A stretch of 49,842 nt of DNA from Candidatus Kapaibacterium sp. (GCA_016788605.1 JAEUSO010000001.1:1-49842); one strand, 5' to 3'. Shown: positions 1-8,486, counted from the stretch's first letter. Numbers and translations are program-made. The notes: a model not told the origin generated them from the sequence alone.

Positions 1-58
1 GATGTAGCGCTCGTCGTCCTTGATCCAGTGGTAGACACCGTCCCGCATCCAAAACTGA

Positions 59-1954
59 TCAACCGTTCCGCCCGCATTGCACCGCACCGCGCACAGGTAG
101 CGTTTCGGGAATCGGTCGGAGTGCGCCGCTGAGAGTATCGAGCGAGCGGAGCGTGAAGCCCGGTACATCAAACCGTTTACGTGAGATGAGTGCGTCTTGG
201 TCTTCGGCTTCCATCCAGAACCAGCCGTCCTGTGTGTCGTCAATCAGCCGGATGCCGTATTCCACCGAGTCGGCGGGCGAGACAAACGGCAGGACGTTGA
301 TATTGACGTTGAACATTGAGTCGCGTATCGGCTCGACGCGGATAATGCGCGAATCCTTGAGCGTTGTATCGTACACCACGCCGCGACCGGTTGCACAGGC
401 AATGCGTGCCGTAATCTGCGGGAAGTCGTAGCGTTTGAAACTCATGCCGCCAATGTAGCCGTAAGAGTTTGCCGGACCGTAGCCAAAGACGTAGATGCCG
501 ATGCCGGTATCCGCTTCGATTGCATGAACGCCGTCGGTCATAGGCAGCGTGGCGTAGGAATACACCGACGAGGGGATTGGAGTAAAACGTCCGGCAGGAA
601 TTCCCGTTCCGTCAAGCAGGATGCGGGGAACGGATGTGGTGGGCGCAACCACGGTAAGGTATTGTTGTTGATACACGCGGTTTACTCTTCCATTTTGTTC
701 GTCACGTTCGTATGCTTGGGCATTGATGAAGCGGTAGCTTTTCAGGAATTGCTCGGCGGGTGGAATGAGCATCATAAACGGGTCGCTGAGATTGTAGTCC
801 GATTGCACACCACGAGGCGGCACATCGCCCGATGTCTTCTTGAATTGCGCGACCAATATCGGATTATTCGAGCGGACGGTTTTTGCGTTGTCGAGGTCGG
901 CTTCATACCGCTGACCGGTCATAAGCATTGTCACTTGTGCACCATTCACAAACACCCGTGTGCTGTCGAATGCGGCGATAACGCGGTAGCGGTCGCGTCC
1001 GATCGGTGTTGCATCGGCAGGCAGCGGATATGGGGTAAGCAGTGCTGTGCGACCCCACGTATTTATGGGCGGCAGTTGCTCGATAAGGACATCCCGCGAG
1101 ACAAGCGCCTGACGGAGTTGCAGCGGAATGGTGGCACGTTGATGACCGGAAAACACCGCAATCGGTTTTGTGGATGTGATGCGCGAGCCGGTCAGGTCGT
1201 TGGCTGCTTCGTTGTTCACAAGCGATTGTACAAGATACACATCGCCTTTATTCAATGTGCGGTAGGTGAGCGTATCGAGCGCGATGTTCGCCGTATTCTG
1301 AAAACGTATTTCGGTATTGTCTTCCGTTGCTACCACTGCGTATTGCGAGGGCGTTGGGCTTGCATCCCGTGCGTTGATTTGCAGGTCGGCGTTGTAGCTC
1401 ATCACCATGTAGTCCGTGCCGTTGGCATCGGTGGGCAGCACAAGGAATGCATCGCTTGTGGTGAATGCCTGATTCAGTGCATACACCGTAACTTCCTCGG
1501 TTGATGTAAGGTGGAACGACTGCCGTGCAATTTTTCCGTTTTGTGCAATATCCCTGTTCACCGGACCGCCCACGTTAAAGCCGATAAGCTCTTTCAGAAA
1601 AAACGGCATTCCAATCGTCAGTACTTGGCGCGGGTCGCGTATTACAGAGTCAATTCTGAACGTTCTGCCCTCGTAATCGCTGAAGCGAAGCGAGATGGAG
1701 CAGGGCTTCTCGGCGACCACAAACACATAAAGTGAGTCGGTTTCCTGAACGTTCTGGTCGTTGAGGAAATTCGTATGAAAATTCGGAATGAAGCAAAACC
1801 AAAAGTCCTTTCCCTTGCTGTCGGGCAATGTTTCCTGTGCGCTTGAAGATGCAAGCGAGCAGCAGAAAAGAAGCAATGCAAAGGCGGTTGCGGCAAGACG
1901 GCGGGCGGAGAGTCGAATCAGTGATGCCGGTGCGGTTTGGGGTATGGTTTGCAT
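59..1954 (-). CDS. secreted beta-rich protein with IgGFc-binding-protein-N-terminal-like domain
   Basis: ORF 59..1984. An internal Met at 1954 gives a signal peptide (RRLAATAFALLLFCCSLASSSAQE). The KGKDFWFCFIPNFH motif recalls a domain family common in FCB-group secreted proteins (from memory, not searched). Confidence 0.6.
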   Translation of the reverse strand: MQTIPQTAPASLIRLSARRLAATAFALLLFCCSLASSSAQETLPDSKGKDFWFCFIPNFHTNFLNDQNVQETDSLYVFVVAEKPCSISLRFSDYEGRTFRIDSVIRDPRQVLTIGMPFFLKELIGFNVGGPVNRDIAQNGKIARQSFHLTSTEEVTVYALNQAFTTSDAFLVLPTDANGTDYMVMSYNADLQINARDASPTPSQYAVVATEDNTEIRFQNTANIALDTLTYRTLNKGDVYLVQSLVNNEAANDLTGSRITSTKPIAVFSGHQRATIPLQLRQALVSRDVLIEQLPPINTWGRTALLTPYPLPADATPIGRDRYRVIAAFDSTRVFVNGAQVTMLMTGQRYEADLDNAKTVRSNNPILVAQFKKTSGDVPPRGVQSDYNLSDPFMMLIPPAEQFLKSYRFINAQAYERDEQNGRVNRVYQQQYLTVVAPTTSVPRILLDGTGIPAGRFTPIPSSVYSYATLPMTDGVHAIEADTGIGIYVFGYGPANSYGYIGGMSFKRYDFPQITARIACATGRGVVYDTTLKDSRIIRVEPIRDSMFNVNINVLPFVSPADSVEYGIRLIDDTQDGWFWMEAEDQDALISRKRFDVPGFTLRSLDTLSGALRPIPETLPVRGAVQCGRNG

Positions 1955-2085
1955 AAGGGGTGTCTTCCTTGAGTAAAGCAGCAAGTGGTTTCGGTGAAAA
2001 TAACACAGAAAGGCGACGAAGGGTTCGGGGAATGTTGATGTTCGTGCAATTCCTGTTTTTCCGTGCCGGATGATGCAAAAAACTC

Positions 2086-2116
2086 TTGCGCGAAAAGAAG
2101 TATCGCTCTATCTTTG
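2086..2116 (+). promoter_or_regulatory. candidate Bacteroidota-type promoter of tRNA-Asn
   Basis: TTG at 2086..2088 and TATCTTTG at 2109..2116 (fits TAnnTTTG) are 20 nt apart. The motif ends about 29 nt upstream of the tRNA 5' end. Confidence 0.3.
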
Positions 2117-2144
2117 CGCCCCGTTAGCCAAAAACGGTTTCGAT

Positions 2145-2218
2145 TCCGCCTTAGCTCAGCTGGTTAGAGCATCTGACTGTTAATCAGAGGGTCCAAGGTT
2201 CAAGTCCTTGAGGCGGAG
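2145..2218 (+). tRNA. tRNA-Asn (anticodon GTT)
   Basis: Full cloverleaf read by eye. Acceptor TCCGCCT/AGGCGGA, D stem GCTC/GAGC, anticodon stem TCTGA/TCAGA with loop CTGTTAA, T arm CAAGG-TTCAAGT-CCTTG, discriminator G. CCA is not encoded. Confidence 0.95.
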
Positions 2219-2224
2219 CAACAA
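2174..2224 (+). repeat. attL core (51-bp direct repeat, 3' part of tRNA-Asn)
   Basis: TGACTGTTAATCAGAGGGTCCAAGGTTCAAGTCCTTGAGGCGGAGCAACAA is identical to 35776..35826. Identity breaks on both sides. Confidence 0.95.
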
Positions 2225-2227
2225 AAA

Positions 2228-2262
2228 AGCCGCATCCTTTATTGGATTGCGGCTTTTCTTTT
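2228..2262 (+). terminator. rho-independent terminator supplied by the element behind the reconstituted tRNA
   Basis: Stem AGCCGCATCC / GGATTGCGGCT (one bulge), loop TTTATT, followed by TTTCTTTT. It lies just inside the element after the att core. Confidence 0.6.
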
Positions 2263-2392
2263 GGGCGATTATCAAGTATTCATGCGGTTTGCAGAGGTTG
2301 GACGTGGTGTAATGCTATTTACTACACTATCGTTCCGTATCGTTCAGCATCTTTCTTTACTTCGCTGTTTCTTTCTTGTATTTACTTTTTTA

Positions 2393-2413
2393 TCGGTGCA
2401 ATGTCGGTGCAAT
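2393..2413 (+). promoter_or_regulatory. candidate integrase arm-type sites (attL-proximal pair)
   Basis: TCGGTGCAAT-G-TCGGTGCAAT, an 11-bp period. The same tandem 10-mer pair in the same orientation is at 35709..35729. Confidence 0.6.
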
Positions 2414-3435
2414 TACTTTGGACGTACCTGCTCAACTATTGACTTCAACGACGCGGCTCGGTACTGTTTATAGTATTCTGTTGTTGTTCGGATGTCTTTA
2501 TGGCGTAATAATTCTTTGACGTGAACTATACTGACACCGGCTTCAATGAGTTCAGTAGTGTATGTTTTACGCAGTGCATGGATGCCATGGTGTTCTACGC
2601 CTGTTGCCTCACAGGAACGTTCCCAAACACGGGTAATCCACCGAACTTGTGTTCTGTCGTACCCGAATATCGTCGTTGCTCCCTTGTTCAGTTTGTAGGC
2701 AGTGGTGATGATAGAGCGCAGTTCGTCGGTTACTGGTATCATATCGTACTTTGATTTGTTCACTTTATTTGTGAATATCAGTACGTCGCCTTTGTCGTCG
2801 GTGCGGCGGAGGTCGAGAGTTTCAGTCAATCGTGCGCCTGATGCGGCGATGAATCGGAAGAGGATTGCATAGCGTCGGTCATAATGTTTTTCTATTTCAG
2901 CAAGTACCGTTTTTATCTCATCACGGGTGTATGTTTTTATCGGCTTGGATTCGGTTTGTATCAGCCCTTTGAATGACACATGTTCACAGAGTTCCTGCTC
3001 GTTGCACCAACGGCAAAAGACGCGAAGAGAGCGCAGTAGCACACTGCGGGCATTGATGCCGTGCGCGGTATGGCTTAGATATTCCTGAATTTGACGCTTG
3101 ATGTTGCGTGTATCAAGGACGCAATCGCCGTCTGTGATGATAGTTCGAAATGCGTACTCATAACTCTGTTGTGTTTTTGGCGATTTATGCCGCAGGTGTG
3201 CTTCTGTGAATTGTAGATATGCTTCCGCTATCGTCATAAATGGACGGTCGGATGGTATGCGTCCGCTTACGGTCGCATCATGCAGTCGCTCTAAGTATAG
3301 CAATGCGAGCTTGCGCCCTTGCGGCGAATCCGTATAACCGGTGGCGTGTTGCCGCCCTTTATAGTTCACATACAATTTATTCGTTCCTTTACGGACAAAT
3401 ATCGAACCGGGTGTGACCTGCTTACGGCGTGGCAT
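2413..3435 (-). CDS. tyrosine recombinase / phage integrase
   Basis: 340 aa. The C-terminal catalytic region has ARLTETLDLR ... HALRKTYTTELIEAGV ... LLRHKDIRTTTEYY (R..HxxR..H..Y pattern). It is adjacent to attL. Confidence 0.9.
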   Translation of the reverse strand: MPRRKQVTPGSIFVRKGTNKLYVNYKGRQHATGYTDSPQGRKLALLYLERLHDATVSGRIPSDRPFMTIAEAYLQFTEAHLRHKSPKTQQSYEYAFRTIITDGDCVLDTRNIKRQIQEYLSHTAHGINARSVLLRSLRVFCRWCNEQELCEHVSFKGLIQTESKPIKTYTRDEIKTVLAEIEKHYDRRYAILFRFIAASGARLTETLDLRRTDDKGDVLIFTNKVNKSKYDMIPVTDELRSIITTAYKLNKGATTIFGYDRTQVRWITRVWERSCEATGVEHHGIHALRKTYTTELIEAGVSIVHVKELLRHKDIRTTTEYYKQYRAASLKSIVEQVRPK

Positions 3436-3441
3436 AGATGC

Positions 3442-4113
3442 TTACTTGTTTTTTCGCGCCCGCTCTTCCAGTTCGCGGAATGTATAGGATATGCCGATGT
3501 TGATACCAAGATTAGAAAAGTTTGCATCACCGAGTGTTTGAAGGTATTTCGCGTTCAAATCAAGATCAACGCCGCTTTCTATTGGATAGCGAACGCCAAC
3601 TTTAGGGATGAGCGCGAGACGTGTTTTACCGTAGTCGGTGTACGTAACGCTGTCGCTTCGCAACCGGAAGAATGTTACACCTGTTTCAAAACCAACGTAT
3701 GGCTGCAGCCCTGTGGTTGCAAAGTTATACCGCATTCCTATTGTGACCGGGATAGCTGATAGCGTTGTTTTTTGCAGTGCTTCATTGAAGTTTCTATTAC
3801 CAACGGTGTAACGCAATGAATCAACACCCCACATCAAAATTCCGGCTGATGCTGATAGAAAAAACCTCTCTGACATCCTGTAATAGTAGCTTGCAGTAAA
3901 GCCAAACGACGGGCGTAGCACTGTGGTTACGGTAGTGGCTACGGGTATCCCTGATACGGCAACTGTGAACGGCTCGAAGTAGTTAGCCATAGGTAATTGG
4001 ATACCAATGTCTGCGCCAAGTTGGTGCGACCACTGCCCTTTGGTTTGGGCTGATGCGGATACTGCTGAAAGCATTGCAACAACGGCAATGATTGTAGTAT
4101 AACGTGTTTTCAT
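3442..4113 (-). CDS. outer-membrane beta-barrel protein (OmpW/OMP_b-brl-like), prophage-encoded
   Basis: Start at the Met giving signal peptide MKTRYTTIIAVVAMLSAVSASAQ. Alternating hydrophobic beta-strand pattern, with terminal strand GINIGISYTF followed by a short charged tail. Confidence 0.7.
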   Translation of the reverse strand: MKTRYTTIIAVVAMLSAVSASAQTKGQWSHQLGADIGIQLPMANYFEPFTVAVSGIPVATTVTTVLRPSFGFTASYYYRMSERFFLSASAGILMWGVDSLRYTVGNRNFNEALQKTTLSAIPVTIGMRYNFATTGLQPYVGFETGVTFFRLRSDSVTYTDYGKTRLALIPKVGVRYPIESGVDLDLNAKYLQTLGDANFSNLGINIGISYTFRELEERARKNK

Positions 4114-4145
4114 ATAGCAATAAAAGTTAGATGGGGAATTTATTA

Positions 4146-4565
4146 TTACTTCGTTATGCAAAACGCCTCGATACGCTTGTACGAATCTTCACATTGCTGC
4201 ACTGTTGCCGGATTCGTTGAATGCGTGCGGTAGCGTGCTGACCAAGACAAGTCCCGCAACAGGGAAAAATCATCGTGTATTGCTCGTAACCGTTCATCTA
4301 TCAACCAATCAACATACTTGTACGCAGTTAATGAATTCGGGTTGTGATGCATACGCATATGTGTCAGGTCCTTATATTCATATATGGTTCCTTCTACTTG
4401 CAAGCCGAGCGGAAACAATGCGGCAAGTATATGGTGGTATGAGGCATGAAAAAGCATGATTATCTTCCAATCATTGCAATCATCCACAGGAATGTCGCGC
4501 AGTTGCCGGTACACGCCGTAGGTATGCTTTGCATGGTCTCGACGGGTATTCTTATAGATTGACAT
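4146..4565 (-). CDS. hypothetical protein, HEPN-like (tentative)
   Basis: 139 aa, helical. R-x4-H motif in DERLRAIHDDF. Overlaps the upstream gene by 14 nt. The family call is weak. Confidence 0.55.
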   Translation of the reverse strand: MSIYKNTRRDHAKHTYGVYRQLRDIPVDDCNDWKIIMLFHASYHHILAALFPLGLQVEGTIYEYKDLTHMRMHHNPNSLTAYKYVDWLIDERLRAIHDDFSLLRDLSWSARYRTHSTNPATVQQCEDSYKRIEAFCITK

Positions 4566-5109
4566 AGTTCAGCAAGAATCCGTCATACATCAGGTGGTGA
4601 ATATCTTCTTCCGTTGATACTTCGATGCATCGCACCATACAATACCATTTGCGGTCGGGCGGCATCATCTCGCTGGCTATTCTGTACACCTCGCGCACCC
4701 TGCCGCTTGCAATATCCCCGGCGGAGAACCCGAACACCGCTTCGTAGGAATTGCTGTGGACGACCTTAATCGCAAGCTTGTTGGGTTTAAGCCCGGTCTT
4801 GGATATTACCCTGTTAAACACATTCTCAAGCAGGGTTGTAATCACACCCAAATTCCTGTTGATTTTGTTGGCGGTGTAGAGTGAGATTTTTTCCTCGATG
4901 AGAGGTTCGTTTTCTTCCTCCGTCAAGAATTTATTCACTGCATCAATGCGCCCGAGTTCAACACCCTGCGTAAATGCAGTAATCATCTTGTTATTTTGCT
5001 CGTCTTCATCAGGCGTAGATTTCTGCCAGTGCAGAATACTATGAATTCCGCTTTGGTGTTGTGCTGTGTGTTGCTGTTGCATTCTACTTGTCCCGTTGTT
5101 GATCCTCAA
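4552..5109 (-). CDS. hypothetical protein
   Basis: 185-aa ORF co-oriented with and coupled to 4146..4565. No motif recognised. Confidence 0.55.
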   Translation of the reverse strand: MRINNGTSRMQQQHTAQHQSGIHSILHWQKSTPDEDEQNNKMITAFTQGVELGRIDAVNKFLTEEENEPLIEEKISLYTANKINRNLGVITTLLENVFNRVISKTGLKPNKLAIKVVHSNSYEAVFGFSAGDIASGRVREVYRIASEMMPPDRKWYCMVRCIEVSTEEDIHHLMYDGFLLNYVNL

Positions 5110-5144
5110 ATTTACTCGTTAATCTTATCGGTTTATAGATAGAT

Positions 5145-5897
5145 TTAATGTAGGGCTGTTCTAAATATCACAGTAACACCCAGTTCTTCTACAAACGTCT
5201 TAAGTTCGTTCAGAGTTGGGCTGATTACTGATTTACTTACTACATAGAGAAGCAAGTTGTTATCGTAAAATCGTTTTTTGTAATAAACAACTTGACCTAT
5301 CATTCTCTGCATGTCTGTTGCACTTAGGTTATCAGAAATTTTTATTTCTATGCCAATTTGCCCGTTACCGACATCTATATCAGTTTTAAGAGCAAGAAAG
5401 CCGCCAACACTGTATTGTCTATGAATATTTTCTTTACCGAATATAATTGCGAGTTTGTCTGCTATATGTTTTTCAACATCTTTTTCTGATGTCAGCCGTC
5501 GCTTGTATATCAAAATATTCAATAGAGCATTTTTTACATTGTCAAGTGTAATAGGATTATATTCTTCCTTTGCAATAACACTTATGTTCTCAATTTTATT
5601 GTTTTGGTAGTCATATCCATTAGTGTCTGATAAGAAAAGTTGATATATATCTTCGGATAACTCAATTTTTATTTTCTTTACAGTACGCTTTCTTCGAACT
5701 ACGCTCAAGTGCAATGCGAGGTTGTCATAAATAAACTCTAACTTCTGTCGGAATATGTCACTTTCCCTTAAAACACGAACTTTACATAGATGGTCAATAG
5801 TTGTAAGTAGTTCGCTTATTTGGGCTTCGGTAGTATGGTCTTGTTCGACCAATTCAAGATACTTACTGATAATAGTTTTCTGAACAACAAACTCCAT
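5145..5897 (-). CDS. hypothetical protein with PD-(D/E)xK nuclease-like C-terminal region
   Basis: 250 aa. The core-like stretch is LKTDIDVGNGQIGIEIKISD (D-x8-10-E-x-K) followed by QRMIGQVVYY. The gene is visibly more AT-rich than its neighbours. It lies 17 nt downstream of the repressor gene. Confidence 0.6.
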   Translation of the reverse strand: MEFVVQKTIISKYLELVEQDHTTEAQISELLTTIDHLCKVRVLRESDIFRQKLEFIYDNLALHLSVVRRKRTVKKIKIELSEDIYQLFLSDTNGYDYQNNKIENISVIAKEEYNPITLDNVKNALLNILIYKRRLTSEKDVEKHIADKLAIIFGKENIHRQYSVGGFLALKTDIDVGNGQIGIEIKISDNLSATDMQRMIGQVVYYKKRFYDNNLLLYVVSKSVISPTLNELKTFVEELGVTVIFRTALH

Positions 5898-5914
5898 ATC
5901 AGTTCCTTCTTGTC

Positions 5915-6301
5915 TTATCGGTTAATGGAGCGTTCAGGCGAAGGTGAGTTTGTAACTCCTGAATCGCTCTGACTTTTATCGGCTACTTGTTGCTCTAACA
6001 ATGATATAATCTTCTCTTTATCTTCCAAACGTGCCTCGTAGGTCTCACGGATGAAGCGTATGAACTCATCACGTTCATATTCAAACTTCTTTACTATCTC
6101 ATCAGGCAGCGGAGCAGGTGCAGTATTGCTATCTAAATAGTATCCTTTTGCCCGTAATCGCTCACGAACGCTTGCACCGATGTTACGGACACCATGAAGA
6201 TAGTTTGATAATTGACCAATAGTCATACCAAGTTCTTTTGCCGCTTCTCCCTTTGTTTTGTACTTGCTGACAAAATCGTTCAATATCTCTAAATCAGTCA
6301 T
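5915..6301 (-). CDS. HTH (XRE/cI-like) repressor without S24 peptidase domain
   Basis: Start at Met 6301 (MTDLEILNDF...). HTH is GEAAKELGMTIGQLSNYLHGVRN. The C-terminal part is a charged coiled coil. It is divergent from the Cro-like gene. Confidence 0.75.
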   Translation of the reverse strand: MTDLEILNDFVSKYKTKGEAAKELGMTIGQLSNYLHGVRNIGASVRERLRAKGYYLDSNTAPAPLPDEIVKKFEYERDEFIRFIRETYEARLEDKEKIISLLEQQVADKSQSDSGVTNSPSPERSINR

Positions 6302-6309
6302 ATTTCTAT

Positions 6310-6349
6310 CATTGTAAAAATTTTTCTTGCTTTCATTATTACATTGTAA
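6310..6349. promoter_or_regulatory. candidate operator sites in the immunity switch
   Basis: The 95-bp divergent intergenic region contains the palindrome TTACA-T-TGTAA (6339..6349) and a related half-site, CATTGTAA (6310..6317). Confidence 0.35.
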
Positions 6350-6396
6350 TAACTTCGCACCGGAGTTCAAATTATACTATTACAAATATACAACAA

Positions 6397-6597
6397 ATGA
6401 GTACTGAAGTTGATTATCGGCTACTGCTCTCGAAGAAGCCATATCGTGGCATAATTAGCGAAATAGCACGCGAGCGTGGGGTAACTCCTACTGCGATATG
6501 CAAGACACTCAACGGCAACAGAACGAAATCAGACCTCGAATTACTGATAAAGCAAAAAATGCGCGAGCGCGAAGCCACCGCCGCCAACCCGGTATAG
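6397..6597 (+). CDS. Cro-like small HTH protein
   Basis: 66 aa. HTH is IISEIARERGVTPTAICKTLNG. It is the first gene of the plus-strand operon, divergent from the repressor. Confidence 0.65.
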   Translation: MSTEVDYRLLLSKKPYRGIISEIARERGVTPTAICKTLNGNRTKSDLELLIKQKMREREATAANPV

Positions 6598-7165
6598 CAT
6601 CCCGACGGTGCGGGTCCTGTACATAGTGCTGCTGGTAACACACTATCCGTATATCATACAACAGGGCTTACAACCCGCACCGTCAGGGTTCTATGAACCA
6701 CATTCAACCAACGTAGTTACAACCTATGAAAACTATTTTTTTTCATCATTCCGGCGGTTTTTTGTACGCAACACGGGTGCAATCCGGGACGCACTTTTTT
6801 GCGGGCATGAAGCGGCGGAATGAGACGGAAGAGCAGTTCAAGCAGCGGATAGAAGCTGCATTTATTCACTAACCGTATAGCACATCATGGCTAAGAAGAA
6901 ATCCGCACCTGCGGAAGCCGAAGCGGACAATCAAACCGCTCCAGAGCCGAAAGCGAAGGGCAAAAAGCGGACAAAGAAAGACGATACGCCCGCACCGCCG
7001 CAGGATTCGGGGGTAATCGTACCAGGTTCGATAGTGTATTAGTTACGCAATAGTGTTCACGTGCTGATGAACACAGGGTGGTGATGGTTCATGCGTGGGG
7101 TATGCCCGCAGCAAGTTCGATTCTTGCACACCCGCTCGATATTTATTCATCATTGATGTAAGCCA

Positions 7166-7423
7166 ATGAAAACCACACACAAAGCCACAAAGCCCCCGCA
7201 GAGGCAAAAGTATCTGCTCTCGCCGCTCGACGTTAGCCGGTTGCTGCCGGGTTTATCTCACCACATAACACGCAAGCTCATGGAGACAGGGGACATAGTC
7301 AGTTTTTACTGCGGCACTCATCTAAAAACCACTACCGATGCAGTTGAAGCGTTCAAAGTGCAACTAAGCGCAGGCAAAGTATCACTTCCGGGGTTTATCG
7401 AGCCAGTTCGGAGGCGCAAATGA
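7166..7423 (+). CDS. excisionase-like / HTH_17-type DNA-binding protein
   Basis: 85 aa. LLSPLDVSRLLPGLSHHITRKLMETGDIVSF ... AVEAF follows the MerR/excisionase-type winged-HTH pattern. Confidence 0.55.
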   Translation: MKTTHKATKPPQRQKYLLSPLDVSRLLPGLSHHITRKLMETGDIVSFYCGTHLKTTTDAVEAFKVQLSAGKVSLPGFIEPVRRRK

Positions 7424-7617
7424 CAGGTACAGGTCACCTTACACGAATGATAGCATGGTTCATCATGCAGTGTATTGTTCACAACAATCAGTTCTTGGCG
7501 CGTGTGGCACACCGGATACACCGTTGTATCTCGCGCACTCCGGCTTATATCGCTGCCGAGCAGTGTTTGTCGTTCATAGCATCACGCATAGGGGGTAAGA
7601 ATGCCAAGGAGCAGTAG
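7420..7617 (+). CDS. hypothetical small protein
   Basis: 65-aa ORF. ATGA overlap with the upstream gene and a 17-nt overlap with the downstream gene. No motif. Confidence 0.35.
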   Translation: MTGTGHLTRMIAWFIMQCIVHNNQFLARVAHRIHRCISRTPAYIAAEQCLSFIASRIGGKNAKEQ

Positions 7618-8281
7618 CGATTTCTATACACAATCAGTGAGTGTCAAAGTTCCAGAATCTCTTGATAACTACCGCGAAATAGGAACATTGACGATGTGGG
7701 CGCATTACCTCTGTCTGTACCTGCATACATACGCAGAGAAACGACGTGATGGTCTTTTCACTCACAAAGTACGCAAGGTGTCGGATGATACTGGAATGCC
7801 ACTTGAAACTATCTACACCGCATTAGATGATCTTTCACGGATACGCTATTCCACAACCGAACAGCCGTTGGTTGTCTTTGATGCCGGCTTGATATTCCTA
7901 CCTGACACGGCTTTCCTGTATTTACAGAAGAACTTCACCTATCGCAAACAGCACTTGGCGAATACCCTGAAGATGTTTTCAGATTTTCCGGGTGCGGATA
8001 AATCACAGCCGAATCAGGCGTTCGTGGCATGGCAAAAATTCTTTGAAGAAATGCTGTTCGAGATGCGGGAGGATACCAAGTTCGGGGAACATCAAAAGAA
8101 GGTTCAGGCGGAGGCAAAAGTAGCCGCATTTGCACCGTCAAGTTTTATCAATCAAACACCGTACCAATCATCACCCGCGCCGCCCGGATTACTGATGAAT
8201 TTGCCCCATACCGTACCGAGAAATGGCGTGTTGGATGAAGAGAATAACGATTCCGACGAGCAAGATGACCACAGAACATGA
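7601..8281 (+). CDS. putative replication initiator / replisome organiser
   Basis: 226 aa with an acidic tail. The central part looks like a winged helix (GMPLETIYTALDDLSRIRY). Its stop codon lies inside the first unit of the iteron array. Confidence 0.5.
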   Translation: MPRSSSDFYTQSVSVKVPESLDNYREIGTLTMWAHYLCLYLHTYAEKRRDGLFTHKVRKVSDDTGMPLETIYTALDDLSRIRYSTTEQPLVVFDAGLIFLPDTAFLYLQKNFTYRKQHLANTLKMFSDFPGADKSQPNQAFVAWQKFFEEMLFEMREDTKFGEHQKKVQAEAKVAAFAPSSFINQTPYQSSPAPPGLLMNLPHTVPRNGVLDEENNDSDEQDDHRT

Positions 8282-8486
8282 CGTACCGATTTCCCAAGAT
8301 GACGTACCGATTTCCCAAGATGACGTACCGATTTCCCAAGATGACGTACCGAATTGGTGCATCATCTCCACATGACGTACCGAATTGGTGCATCATCTCC
8401 ACATGACGTACCGAATTGGTGCATCATCTCCACATGACGTACCGATTTTCCAAGATGACGTACCGATTTTCCAAGATGACGCACCG
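8278..8486 (+). repeat. iteron array (candidate origin of replication)
   Basis: Eight exact copies of ATGACGTACCGA plus one degenerate copy (ATGACGCACCG), all in the same orientation. Units are 3 x 21 bp, 3 x 31 bp, then 2 x 21 bp. Confidence 0.8.

Noticed and set aside
524-1504. A long plus-strand ORF (326 aa) inside the 59..1984 gene.
   Set aside because: It is an antisense shadow ORF with Cys/Arg/His-rich composition. The minus-strand frame has a signal peptide and a recognisable domain.
4146-5109. A classical HEPN-MNT toxin-antitoxin pair.
   Set aside because: The 185-aa partner lacks the GSxxxG...DxD nucleotidyltransferase signature and is larger than typical MNT antitoxins. Only the R-x4-H motif supports the HEPN assignment.
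7111-7127. A T-arm-like hairpin, GCAAG-TTCGATT-CTTGC, suggested a second tRNA or tRNA fragment.
   Set aside because: No 7-bp acceptor pairing can be formed with upstream sequence. Only ~29 nt are available for the D and anticodon arms.
6598-7165. Several short ORFs lie between the Cro-like and Xis-like genes: 6608..6823, a 48-aa ORF at 6726..6872 and a 51-aa Lys-rich ORF at 6887..7042. There is also an inverted repeat, GTGTTCA/TGAACAC, at 7053..7074.
   Set aside because: The frames conflict, no motifs are present and no coupling signals exist. I cannot tell which ORFs, if any, are real, so they were not reported as features.
8148-8402. Minus-strand ORFs (8148..8402 and 8189..8371) encode repeated peptides (RYVILGN / EIGTSSW).
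   Set aside because: The repetitive translation is a by-product of reading through the iteron array, and the ORFs run antisense to the operon direction.
8278-8486. The regular repeat array could be mistaken for a CRISPR locus.
   Set aside because: The units abut each other with no unique spacers. The variable parts are themselves repeated. There are no cas genes, and the array starts at the stop codon of a putative initiator. It is interpreted as iterons.
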